In this document: positions 9,687-18,947 of the stretch, in pieces
How positions within the stretch are numbered: position 1 is the first letter of the stretch
Layout of the letters: each line of letters opens with the position of its first letter
Assembly: GCA_949051565.1 (NCBI GenBank)
Contig: CARQUZ010000005.1
Span: 1 to 41,879, forward strand
Reading direction: 5' to 3'
Source of the DNA: an uncultured Lachnospiraceae bacterium
GTDB lineage: Bacteria; Bacillota; Clostridia; Lachnospirales; Lachnospiraceae
DNA length: 41,879 bases
The notes under the pieces: model-generated
Databases searched by the model: none
What the model was told of the DNA's origin: nothing
Seen by the model: only the letters and a program-made list of their open reading frames with translations
Translations under genes and position numbers: made by a program

Positions 9687-11201
9687 TTATTTACCCAGAA
9701 ACTCATCAACTTGTTTCTGTGCTGCATCAACGATATCTTGCCAGCCAGCCTTCATCAACTCATCTTTGATCTGAGGAACTGCCACTGCAGGGTCCTGCAC
9801 ACCTGTCATCACCTCACTGCGGTAGCGCAGCCAAATCTCACGACAGTTTGCAAGTTGGTCAGACACTTCTGTTGTATCAAATGTAAATCCAAGCATAATA
9901 GAAGAAACTGCCTGCTCATTCAATGCCTTTACTTCATCCCACTGATTAATCTCATCTGTGTCAAGTGTTGTTACTGTGAAGAATGTTGCCTGTGTATATC
10001 CTGCCATTGCCCACTCATTGTTGATCTTGTGAACTTTGCCATCTGCGGTATACTCAAAGTTTACGCCTTCCTCACCATAGTAGAACATATCACGCAACTT
10101 TGTATCTACGTTCACTAAATCCAAAAGCTGTAAACATTTTTCTGGATACTTGCTATTTGTGGAAACCATGTTCAATGATCCACGTACAGTCTCATTAGAA
10201 AGAATAGTGTCGCCTAACTTCTGCACTACTACTTCTTTGCCCATCTGAGGTCCCCATGCAGTTATACCTGCTGACTCCCAACCTTGAGCAACACGCCACA
10301 TATTATATACACGACCTTCTGTCAATGTGGAAGCATCAGGATTGATGATGCCCTTTTGATACCACTCATGCAATGTCTGCAACTGCTCAAAAATGTCTGG
10401 CTGCTCTAATACAAAGCACACCTTTGCATCCTTGTCATCATACCGAACACCGAGGATCTGTGTACCAGCACCAATTTGATCGTATACGTCAAAGATATAG
10501 TATACACCATCATTCTTGATATAAACTGGATAATCATTCTTATCTGCTTTCAACTTCTCAAAAGTCTCTGTCATAGAATCAAGCTCAATCAATGATGAAA
10601 TATCTAGACTGTACTCATCTACCAATTCCTTATCCCAGATTGAATAGTTGGTAATAGAACTGTCCTTGTACGTAGGAACACCATAAATTCTGTCTTTTAC
10701 ACGTACACCATCCCAGTATTTTTCAGGCATTAACTCTACTAATCCTGGCATATTGGTTGGTATCATGTCAGTGATGTCACAGTATGCGCCCAGATTGATA
10801 TCTGCAACATAATTATTACCATTTCCAAAAATAATATCATAGGGTTCGTTGGTGCTGACAATGATATTGCGGCGATTATCCCAATCACCCCAAGGAATAA
10901 CTTCCATCTCAAGGTTTACGCCAATCTTTTCTCCGATGTACTCGTTTACTTTCGCAATCCATGTATCATAATTTGTTGGCATACCATTTCCGATTGTAAC
11001 CCACTTTAAGTTTACAATCTCTCCGCTACTCGTACCCTGAGAAGATTGCGCCCCCCCGTCATTTGAGGATGTAGTGGAATTGTCACTTGTTCCAGTACTA
11101 TTTGCGTTGTTGTTGGTGTCTTTGTTTCCTCCACAACCAGACAAAGTTCCCAGAACCATTGCTGTTGCTGCACTTACTGCCAAAACTTTCTTAAACTTCA
11201 T
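9687..11201 (-). CDS. Lipoprotein extracellular solute-binding protein of a carbohydrate ABC transporter (large family-1 SBP, LplA/YtcQ-like)
   Basis: Signal peptide plus lipobox LSGCGG, a low-complexity linker, and ~500 aa. RBS AAGGAGG. Confidence 0.8.
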   Translation of the reverse strand: MKFKKVLAVSAATAMVLGTLSGCGGNKDTNNNANSTGTSDNSTTSSNDGGAQSSQGTSSGEIVNLKWVTIGNGMPTNYDTWIAKVNEYIGEKIGVNLEMEVIPWGDWDNRRNIIVSTNEPYDIIFGNGNNYVADINLGAYCDITDMIPTNMPGLVELMPEKYWDGVRVKDRIYGVPTYKDSSITNYSIWDKELVDEYSLDISSLIELDSMTETFEKLKADKNDYPVYIKNDGVYYIFDVYDQIGAGTQILGVRYDDKDAKVCFVLEQPDIFEQLQTLHEWYQKGIINPDASTLTEGRVYNMWRVAQGWESAGITAWGPQMGKEVVVQKLGDTILSNETVRGSLNMVSTNSKYPEKCLQLLDLVNVDTKLRDMFYYGEEGVNFEYTADGKVHKINNEWAMAGYTQATFFTVTTLDTDEINQWDEVKALNEQAVSSIMLGFTFDTTEVSDQLANCREIWLRYRSEVMTGVQDPAVAVPQIKDELMKAGWQDIVDAAQKQVDEFLGK

Positions 11202-11272
11202 AATGATCCTCCTTTATAAAATACTAGTCATTGGCACAGCCTACAAACTCCCGCAGAGTTGCCTGCTGTTTT

Positions 11273-12190
11273 TTATTCCTTTACCGATCCAATTGTCAGA
11301 CCGGAAATGAAATACTTCTGGAAAAATGGATAGGTACATGCAATTGGTACGATGATAACAATTGCAATTGCCATACGAACACTCTCTGTTGGCATGGATA
11401 ACTTATACTGTTGCAAAGAGAGTCCACCATATGGATTGTTTGCAATATACTCGATGTTCTTCTGAATATTATTCAATAAGGACTGGAGTGTCTGCAAATT
11501 CTTATCTTGTATGTACAAAGAAGCCTGGAACCAATCATTCCAATATCCAAACGCCGCAAACATACCGATCGTTGCGATAACTGGCTTAGAGATTGGCATA
11601 ACAATCTGGGACCAAATACGAAACTGTCCTGCACCGTCAATCTTTGCAGATTCAATGATAGAATCTGGAACCGTTGTTCTGAAGAAAGTTCGGCAAATTG
11701 TAACACTGAAGGAAGAACATGCAAGAGGCAATATCAATGCCCAAACAGTATTGCTCAACCCTAAAATATTGTTTACTACTACATAGCTTGCTAACATTCC
11801 GCCATTAAATACCATTGGAACGAAAATCAACCATGTATACAATTTTTTCAAAGCAAAATTTCTTCTAGAAACAACGTATCCCATTGATGTATCCAATGCG
11901 ATCGCAATCAATGTACCAACAATTGTCACGAACACAGACATAAACGCTGCACGTAAAATCATCATGCGCTCATTCCACAAAAATTTGTAAGCAGAACCAG
12001 AAAGAACAGATGGGAAAAGTTGATATCCATTTGTGCGCAGTGCTTCCTCATCTGTGATAGAAATTGAAAATACAAACAATAGAGGAATAACACACATTAC
12101 TGCTAAAATCAGAAACACAACGTTAAATATAATGTTGGTAGAGGTTTTAATCTGATTTAAGGATTGACCGCTTTCTTCTCTTTTTGCCAC
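11273..12190 (-). CDS. Carbohydrate ABC transporter permease (LplC/YtcP-like)
   Basis: Six predicted TM segments and an EAA loop (ESAKIDGAGQFRIWSQIVMP). Likely a GTG start at 12190 with RBS AGGGAGG. Confidence 0.8.
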   Translation of the reverse strand: MAKREESGQSLNQIKTSTNIIFNVVFLILAVMCVIPLLFVFSISITDEEALRTNGYQLFPSVLSGSAYKFLWNERMMILRAAFMSVFVTIVGTLIAIALDTSMGYVVSRRNFALKKLYTWLIFVPMVFNGGMLASYVVVNNILGLSNTVWALILPLACSSFSVTICRTFFRTTVPDSIIESAKIDGAGQFRIWSQIVMPISKPVIATIGMFAAFGYWNDWFQASLYIQDKNLQTLQSLLNNIQKNIEYIANNPYGGLSLQQYKLSMPTESVRMAIAIVIIVPIACTYPFFQKYFISGLTIGSVKE

Positions 12191-12206
12191 ACTAACACCT
12201 CCCTAA

Positions 12207-13190
12207 TTATATAATCCTGTTTTCATTGTCTATTTTACTTACAACCCAGTTTGCTAACAAGATCGTTCCACAGCTACAAATTGCCTGGAAGAATGATGCC
12301 GCAGCAGTCTGACCAATCGGCGCTGTAGACTGAATTGCGTTGTAAATATATGTATCGAATGTAGAAACTGTGGTGTACAAAGACTGTGGAATTCGTCCAG
12401 TTACTTGATAGAATAGACCAAAGTCGGAGTTGAAAATCTTACCACAATCTAGTATCAACATCATGATAAACACAGGCTTGATAGCTGGAAGTGTGATATG
12501 TCTTGCCTGTTGCTTTTTTGTCGCACCGTCCATAACTGCTGCTTCATAGAGTGATGGATCAATACCCGTGATACTTGCCAGGTACAATACCATTCCGTAT
12601 CCCATACCTTTCCACGTATTTAGGAAAATCAGGATAAGTGGCCAATATTTCTTCTCCTGGTACCACATGATACGTTCCCCGCCAAGGGATGTAATGATTC
12701 CATTGATATATCCTCTCTCTGGTGTCAACAGCGCATACACGAAATAGCTGACAACAACCCATGACATAAAGTAAGGAAGGAACATCATCGTCTGGTAAAC
12801 CTTTGAACCTCTCTTGTTGCGCATGCTGCTAAGCATCAATGCGCCTCCCACTGCAACGCTTGCACTGATAATAATGAATGCAATGTTGTAGAGAATTGTG
12901 TTCCTAAGCAGCATTAGGAACGAATTGGACGTAAAGAAATAGGTAAAATTCTTAAATCCCGCCCAATCACTGTGCAATAAGTTGTAAATAAAACCATGTC
13001 CGCCAGGCGCCAATTTGTACACCTTAAATGCAATAATGACACCAAACATTGGCAGATAGCAAAATACTAGAAACCATAGTAAAGTAGGCAGTGAAAGCAA
13101 AAACAGCTCCGTGTCATCTTTAGACCATCGTTTCCTCTTGGGTTTTACGCCGGAAGTATTTCCTCCGTCGAGCGTATTGTTCTTTCCCAT
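12207..13190 (-). CDS. Carbohydrate ABC transporter permease (LplB/YteP-like)
   Basis: TM-rich with an EAA loop (EAAVMDGATKKQQARHITLPAIKP). RBS GAAGGAGG. Confidence 0.8.
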   Translation of the reverse strand: MGKNNTLDGGNTSGVKPKRKRWSKDDTELFLLSLPTLLWFLVFCYLPMFGVIIAFKVYKLAPGGHGFIYNLLHSDWAGFKNFTYFFTSNSFLMLLRNTILYNIAFIIISASVAVGGALMLSSMRNKRGSKVYQTMMFLPYFMSWVVVSYFVYALLTPERGYINGIITSLGGERIMWYQEKKYWPLILIFLNTWKGMGYGMVLYLASITGIDPSLYEAAVMDGATKKQQARHITLPAIKPVFIMMLILDCGKIFNSDFGLFYQVTGRIPQSLYTTVSTFDTYIYNAIQSTAPIGQTAAASFFQAICSCGTILLANWVVSKIDNENRII

Positions 13191-13340
13191 TATTTGACCT
13201 CCTTCTTTATTTTTGTTAAATTTATATTAACATTAGTTAAGTAATAGGTCAACTTATTTTGGCATTTTCATCACTATATCCAACTTTACATTGTATTTTT
13301 AGTATATTTTTACGTACTGTATACATTTTTAATCCTGTTG

Positions 13341-13374
13341 TGTAAAGTTTGTATTTACAAACATTAACTTTACT
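13341..13374. promoter_or_regulatory. Nested palindrome TGTAAAGTT-TGTATTTACAAACA-AACTTTACA in the divergent promoter region between the ABC operon and lacI. Candidate LacI-family operator
   Basis: Seen directly: outer 9-bp arms TGTAAAGTT/AACTTTACA and inner arms GTTTGTA/TACAAAC. Its location in the 370-bp divergent intergenic region fits an operator. Confidence 0.35.
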
Positions 13375-13602
13375 TCTATTTTTCCCTGTTTTCCCATTCA
13401 AAAAGGAGCAAAAATAGGCATATTTACTTCTTTTTGCACCATATTCCAGAGTATTTATATATTTTGTGCCAAAAAACCTCTCAATATTGGTTCTCTTTTT
13501 ATTAACATTTGTAAACTTCTTTATTGTCTTTTTTTCTTTAGCATGCTATACTAAACTATATGATTGAATGAAGTGACATGTATTGCACAAGTAGGAGGCG
13601 CT

Positions 13603-14628
13603 ATGGAAAAAATCACTATGAAAGATATCGCGGATGCTCTTAATATCTCCCGTGTCACGGTTAGCAAGGCATTTAACCACCAAGCTGGCGTGTCTGATTC
13701 TCTTCGCGACCTGATCTTTGAGAAGGCCAAAGAGCTCGGCTATGCCAAGATTCCTTATCAGGCAATCTCACAGCCGCAGCCCGTGCAATCGGCTCACCGC
13801 ACGGTTTCTTTGATTGTTTCGCGACCCGATTCCGCCTTTTTCTGGACCAGCATTATTCATCGTATGGCTCAGGAACTTTCCAATTATAATATCAACCTCC
13901 TATATACATATGTTCCTTCTACCCACACAAAACCGTTTAATCTGCCTTCTATTCTATTAAACAATGGTGTGGATGGCATCGTCGTACTGAATGTGTACGA
14001 TCCTGAAATTTTGAATATTATCAATCAGCTTTCTCTTCCTAAAGTCTTTCTCGACACTATCCCTTCTTTGCCCAACCGACAGTTAAGTGGCGACTTACTC
14101 TTAATTGAAGGGTACTGTACAGAAGCTGACATCACAGAAACGCTCATTCGCAATGGTCATAAAAACATTGGATTTCTAGGTGATATCAACTATGCGCAAA
14201 CCAATATGGAACGTTATCTAGGATACTGTGATTGTATGGAACGGCATGGCCTTGCCATCAAACCAGAGCACTGTCTAACTGGAAATATTGATATTTTTTC
14301 TTATGGCAAAGAACTTAATTCCTTTTTGGACAGCCTGGCCAATTGGCCTAGTGCATTTGTGTGTGTCAGTGACTATGTGGCACATTTTGTACAACTTTAT
14401 CTAGATGAAAATGCCCAGCGTCTGCCACACCCTGTAATCCTGACCGGATTTGACAATGCAGTGGAGTATACCAACGTTACAGGGCGTATTATTACTGCCA
14501 ATGTTCCGACTGGTCTGCTTGGAAAGCGTCTAGCTATGCAACTTCTATTTCGCACAGAGCATCCTGACGCACCTTATGAGCTTACCTTTATCAATCCCCC
14601 GATTGTCATTCCTTATGACTCTCCTTAA
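13603..14628 (+). CDS. LacI-family transcriptional regulator, likely repressor of the adjacent N-glycan locus
   Basis: N-terminal HTH (MKDIADALNISRVTVSKAFN) and a periplasmic-binding-fold C-terminal domain. RBS AGGAGG precedes the ATG at 13603. The ORF track's 13564 start lacks an RBS. Confidence 0.85.
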   Translation: MEKITMKDIADALNISRVTVSKAFNHQAGVSDSLRDLIFEKAKELGYAKIPYQAISQPQPVQSAHRTVSLIVSRPDSAFFWTSIIHRMAQELSNYNINLLYTYVPSTHTKPFNLPSILLNNGVDGIVVLNVYDPEILNIINQLSLPKVFLDTIPSLPNRQLSGDLLLIEGYCTEADITETLIRNGHKNIGFLGDINYAQTNMERYLGYCDCMERHGLAIKPEHCLTGNIDIFSYGKELNSFLDSLANWPSAFVCVSDYVAHFVQLYLDENAQRLPHPVILTGFDNAVEYTNVTGRIITANVPTGLLGKRLAMQLLFRTEHPDAPYELTFINPPIVIPYDSP

Positions 14629-16060
14629 AAGGAGGTAAAATAGCCTCCACGTCCTTTTGAGCGGGCGTATCAAGCAGACTTCCATCCGCACTAAAACGTG
14701 AGCCGTGACAAGGACAATCCCAACTTTGTTCCTCCTTATTCCACACTAATTTGCACCCCATATGAGAACAGCGTTTTGTAGATTTTGTCAACATCCCTTG
14801 GATCAATCCTTTTGTGCTCTCTCCAATATCAATACACAAATTTTGAATACCTGCACACACTAGAAAACGCTGAGGCGTAAAAACAGCCTCATACATATTG
14901 TGAATACCGCAAATCTGATCGCTTAGGACAGATGCCGCCACCATCGCGGATGTCATTCCCCACTTCTGAAATCCTGTGGCAACATACCAATAGGGACGAA
15001 ATACCGAATACCTGCCAATAAATGGAATCCGGTCATGTGGCATACAATCTTGTGCCGACCAGCAAAAAACTTCTGTACTGTGTGGATAATAGCGTTGTGC
15101 CATCTGTCGCAGATATGTGTATCCTTCTGCCTTTTGCTCTGCATTTGGACAACTATGTTTTCCTGTTCTGTGCGATCCTCCTCCCATAAGAAGCAATCCA
15201 TCTGCACTTCTAAATGATAATCCATCTTTGTCCATACTATAATATTGTCCTGACAGGCGCTGCGGAATATCTTCTCCTTCTAAAGCTAACACATAGCTTC
15301 TTTTTTGATGTTGCCTCAAAAAATAAAATCCTGGAATATTCACAAATGGATAATGTGTCGCAAAGATAATATGGTCTGCTGTAATTGTGCCCTTATGCTC
15401 CTGCACTGAATCTTCCTTATCTTGGCTTATCTCCTCTTTGCTCTCGTACTCAATCGCATGCTCCTTTACAGACAACACTTTTGTGTGTTCATAAATCGTT
15501 AGCTTTTTTGCTAGTGCGCGCATAAACTCCAGTGGATGAAATTGTGCCTGTTGACGAAAGCACACAGCACCTGCTATCGCAAACGGAAGCTCCTCTAGTT
15601 TGTTTCCTCTTACTAAATGCGCGCGGATGCCTAATTTTCTAGCAGTGTCTGCTTCTTTTTCTAATCGTTTTACTTTTGTCTGGTCTGTGGTATACAGATA
15701 GGAAGGTATTCGCTCAAAATGACATGCAATCCCTTCTTCCCATATTAACTCCTCATAAAAATTAATGGCGTCCTCATTTGCCATTGCATATCCGCACGCC
15801 CTATCCTTTCCAGCTCTTCTTACCATATTCTGATAGAGAAATCCATGTTGACTTGTAATTTTTGCCGTAGTATTGCCTGTTTGTCCACTGGCAAGCTCCT
15901 GCGCTTCTAGTACAATAACCTGCTGCCCTTTTTTCTGCAAAAAATACGCAGTAAGAAGCCCTGTCATTCCCCCACCAATCACAACATTTTGTACATGAAA
16001 ATCACTCTGTAGAATCTTCTGTCTTGGTATCTGCACCTGCTGCTTCCATAATGACATCAT
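14606..16060 (-). CDS. FAD-dependent oxidoreductase fused to a C-terminal Rieske [2Fe-2S] domain (YhfW-like)
   Basis: Rossmann FAD motif VVIGGGMTGL. Rieske motifs CSHMGC...CPCHGS. RBS AGGAGG. Overlaps the lacI 3' end convergently by 23 bp. Confidence 0.8.
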   Translation of the reverse strand: MMSLWKQQVQIPRQKILQSDFHVQNVVIGGGMTGLLTAYFLQKKGQQVIVLEAQELASGQTGNTTAKITSQHGFLYQNMVRRAGKDRACGYAMANEDAINFYEELIWEEGIACHFERIPSYLYTTDQTKVKRLEKEADTARKLGIRAHLVRGNKLEELPFAIAGAVCFRQQAQFHPLEFMRALAKKLTIYEHTKVLSVKEHAIEYESKEEISQDKEDSVQEHKGTITADHIIFATHYPFVNIPGFYFLRQHQKRSYVLALEGEDIPQRLSGQYYSMDKDGLSFRSADGLLLMGGGSHRTGKHSCPNAEQKAEGYTYLRQMAQRYYPHSTEVFCWSAQDCMPHDRIPFIGRYSVFRPYWYVATGFQKWGMTSAMVAASVLSDQICGIHNMYEAVFTPQRFLVCAGIQNLCIDIGESTKGLIQGMLTKSTKRCSHMGCKLVWNKEEQSWDCPCHGSRFSADGSLLDTPAQKDVEAILPPFKESHKE

Positions 16061-16217
16061 TTTTGCATCCTCCTGCCTTTTGCTAATCCTACCTTTTATT
16101 TGTCCTCTCCACTAGTAGACAACTCCATCAAAATGGTAAATTCTCTGATTTTATTTTATAGCTTTTACATTTTTTTGAATTTTACCCCAACTACTGTATG
16201 AGAATACAAAAAATTCA

Positions 16218-16245
16218 TTGACATCTTGCAACAATATGTTATAAT
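16218..16245 (+). promoter_or_regulatory. Consensus sigma-A promoter (TTGACA-N16-TATAAT) driving tRNA-Gly
   Basis: -35 TTGACA at 16218-16223 and -10 TATAAT at 16240-16245, about 9 nt upstream of the tRNA 5' end. Confidence 0.7.
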
Positions 16246-16254
16246 ATGATTTAT

Positions 16255-16325
16255 GCAGATATAGTTCATTGGTAGAATGCTAGCTTCCCAAGCTGGAGAG
16301 GCGGGTTCGATTCCCGTTATCTGCT
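16255..16325 (+). tRNA. tRNA-Gly (anticodon CCC). CCA not encoded
   Basis: Manual cloverleaf: acceptor GCAGATA/TATCTGC, D-arm GTTC-ATTGGTA-GAAT, anticodon stem CTAGC/GCTGG with loop TTCCCAA, T-arm GCGGG-TTCGATT-CCCGT, discriminator T. Confidence 0.85.
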
Positions 16326-16337
16326 TTTTTGATTCTA

Positions 16338-16365
16338 AAATAGTCATTTTACGCGACTATTTTTT
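16338..16365 (+). terminator. Rho-independent terminator after tRNA-Gly
   Basis: Stem AAATAGTC/GACTATTT followed by a T-run. Confidence 0.6.
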
Positions 16366-16430
16366 ACATAAATCTATAATCAAACACTACTCCTATAGTA
16401 GTTATTCTTTCTCTTAAAATTTATGTGAAT

Positions 16431-16463
16431 AAAAAAGTGCTGATGGTGTATCAGCACTTTTTT
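16431..16463. terminator. Bidirectional rho-independent terminator (hydrolase gene on the minus strand, tRNA region on the plus strand)
   Basis: A-run, then stem GTGCTGA/TCAGCAC, then TTTTTT. Confidence 0.65.
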
Positions 16464-16503
16464 CATTTCTATATTCTCTAGCATTGTATATTCTTTGTAT
16501 AGT

Positions 16504-17691
16504 TCAATCAAATAAGTTTCCAAATATTCGCATAATTGGACCGCCATTTCCACGTTCTAGCACCGCTGTAGCATCCACATTTTCCATCCATGCCAAAGCT
16601 TTGCTGTCTGTCTCTATGATTGGCTTCCATTCTCCATCTATCTGTTGATTCACAATACGAACTTTACAGCGTCTGCCTTCCACATCAATCCCCTGCATAG
16701 TATAATCCGCTATCATGCTAACAGCACCATCCAAGTAATCCCGTCTGACATCACACCCTCCTGGAATAATAGTGCCATGAAAATGCTCATTGTCACAATA
16801 TCCTGTGAAAAAAGTTCTAATTTCCTTATAATTTTCTCCCTCTGCAAGTTCTCTATGCGTAATAACAACGCGTATTGTGAACAACTCCTTGCGTCCTAAA
16901 AGAAATTGATGGATTGAAGCCACCACGTTCTCCTCTTGCTCCTGATTAAAACCATGTCCAACATTTCGAAGCAACTGCAATTGGCATTGACCTGGCTGAT
17001 AGTTTTCGCGCGCACGGATCGCATAGGAGTAATTGACTATCTTATCCTCCATTCCCTGCAAAATCAGCACAGGACCTTTATATGGTCTTAATTTTAAAAA
17101 AACATCCATTCTGACAGCTTCATCATGAAATTTTTTCCCGAGCAAAATTGTACGGCAGTTAATCACCTCTGGCACATTCTCCACATCATAGCTCGCTCCT
17201 CCTAGACATCCTCTTCTTGCATGATCTGGAATACAGAGTGCTGGATATATCATAATGATTTTCTTAATCTCATCATTACATTGTGCCGCCGCTAATCCTG
17301 TTACCATTCCGCCTTGGCTAATTCCCAACAGGCTAAGGCTGTGTGCGTCAACATATGGTAATTGCTGCACATATGTTTTGACCGCCAGCAAATCAGACAC
17401 TTCTGTCATAATCGTCGTATCGACAGTGTCTCCATCACTTTTTAACTCTTCCTTTGTATCTATGTCGCTACCACCGCAAAAACTAAAGCTAAACACTGCA
17501 TAGCCGCGCTTAGCAAGCATTCTGCACATCGTTTCATTACTAGTATAATTTCCACCAAAACCATGACTTACAATAATTGCCGGATATGTCTTTGTCTGTG
17601 CATCCTCATCAGGCAAATACTGCATCCCTCTAATAATTAAGTGATCTCTCTCACAGGAAAATGCTGCTTCTTTTATTCCAGTATTATTCAT
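16504..17691 (-). CDS. Alpha/beta hydrolase (S9/dienelactone-hydrolase-like, GxSxG GISQG) with a C-terminal DUF3237-like domain
   Basis: Nucleophile elbow LLGISQGGMV and HGFGG near the N-terminus. A C-terminal ~120-aa extra domain is present. Confidence 0.7.
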   Translation of the reverse strand: MNNTGIKEAAFSCERDHLIIRGMQYLPDEDAQTKTYPAIIVSHGFGGNYTSNETMCRMLAKRGYAVFSFSFCGGSDIDTKEELKSDGDTVDTTIMTEVSDLLAVKTYVQQLPYVDAHSLSLLGISQGGMVTGLAAAQCNDEIKKIIMIYPALCIPDHARRGCLGGASYDVENVPEVINCRTILLGKKFHDEAVRMDVFLKLRPYKGPVLILQGMEDKIVNYSYAIRARENYQPGQCQLQLLRNVGHGFNQEQEENVVASIHQFLLGRKELFTIRVVITHRELAEGENYKEIRTFFTGYCDNEHFHGTIIPGGCDVRRDYLDGAVSMIADYTMQGIDVEGRRCKVRIVNQQIDGEWKPIIETDSKALAWMENVDATAVLERGNGGPIMRIFGNLFD

Positions 17692-17712
17692 TTCCTATTC
17701 CTCATTTTATAG

Positions 17713-17845
17713 TATATTTCACACGAACTCCCATCTGCCTGCTTTGACAGGCGTACAAATCAAGATGCGTGAAATTTTATATTTCATGCTAACTCCCATC
17801 TGCACGCTTTTGCGGGCACTTTTATCAGGATGTGACAAATTTGTA
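17713..17845 (+). repeat. Intergenic repeat family 2 (two tandem, diverged copies). The unit is CTAACTCCCATCTGCCCGC-ATTA-GCGGGC...CAAATCAGGATG-TGTGAAATTATATATTTCACA
   Basis: Seen directly. The first hairpin shows compensatory changes between copies (GCCTGctttgaCAGGC versus GCCCGCattaGCGGGC). Confidence 0.8.
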
Positions 17846-17977
17846 TAGCAGACAACGCTCGCATTATTGAAAATTCTTTGATGGTTCAGCTTATCTCTTT
17901 GATGGTAATACTATCAAACACACAAAATATGGTGAAAGCCACTTTTTATTCAGTTCCTATCTCAATGGCAATCTCTA

Positions 17978-18766
17978 TCAATCCCACCAGAAAAACCACT
18001 TGCAATATTGTCTAAGAATATCTGCTAAACGACCAATTGTCTCCACTCCCTGATCGACAATATCCCTGCAAAACAGATACTGTTCTTTTGCAAGATGCAT
18101 AGCCTGTTCGCTGTCAACTGACTGTGGAAGTTCAAACTCCAACGTATCATATGCAATAACGGCTGGGACTGCACCATATTTTTCAAACCAATATTTTGCA
18201 ACAGACATCAAATCCTCTGTACCAGGACACTCATTCCAGCCGCCAAAAGGCACATAGGCGAACACTTCCCACGGATTTTTAACAGGAATTTCTGCCAAAA
18301 TAGTCGGTTTTGTTATATCAGAACTATAACTTCGATATCCTCTAAATGAAAGTTCTTCTTCTCCTTCACTTTCACTTTCTCCTTCACTTTCCATCTCACC
18401 AATCAGCCACTCGGGCCAATAATCCTCCTGATTACATTTTTCAAAAAACTCTGTAGTGTCTTTGATTGTGGCAGAAAGATTTTCTTTTCGATAGGCAGCC
18501 ACGCGCTCCATATCAAAACTACCATTTTTTGCCTCACTATCTACATTAAACCGCAAACTCTCCCACAAGATATCCTCCACCACAATCAAAACAGGAACAA
18601 AACCTTCTTGTATTCCGCGCTGTCTTGCTTTATTATATGCTTCTATGATGGTTTTGTCCTGTTTCATTGGCGGAAAATAGTCACACGAACAATTTAGGTA
18701 CTTGCTAAAATTGACCACCAACTCCGGTGTATTTGCATCAACATTGTTTAACATCTGTATTCCCAC
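17978..18766 (-). CDS. Hypothetical protein (DUF4253-like) with an internal acidic ESEGES/ESEGEE repeat
   Basis: ORF with RBS AAGGTGGG favouring the start at 18754 (MLNNV...). The family assignment is uncertain. Confidence 0.5.
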   Translation of the reverse strand: MGIQMLNNVDANTPELVVNFSKYLNCSCDYFPPMKQDKTIIEAYNKARQRGIQEGFVPVLIVVEDILWESLRFNVDSEAKNGSFDMERVAAYRKENLSATIKDTTEFFEKCNQEDYWPEWLIGEMESEGESESEGEEELSFRGYRSYSSDITKPTILAEIPVKNPWEVFAYVPFGGWNECPGTEDLMSVAKYWFEKYGAVPAVIAYDTLEFELPQSVDSEQAMHLAKEQYLFCRDIVDQGVETIGRLADILRQYCKWFFWWD

Positions 18767-18947
18767 CTTTCGCTGTTTTTGCCATTATACTATACCTAAA
18801 CAAATATTTCCAGTAAAGATCTATTAAGAAAAACTGAACCATTTATGAACAAAGAAATACAAACATACAATTTTTATATTTCGATAAGAATCTATGTTAT
18901 AGCAAACAAAAAACAGCCATTTTCAGGTTGTTTTTTGTTGTGTTCTT

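Noticed and set aside
16165-16347. 60-aa ORF on the minus strand
   Set aside because: It overlaps the tRNA-Gly gene on the opposite strand, so it is spurious.
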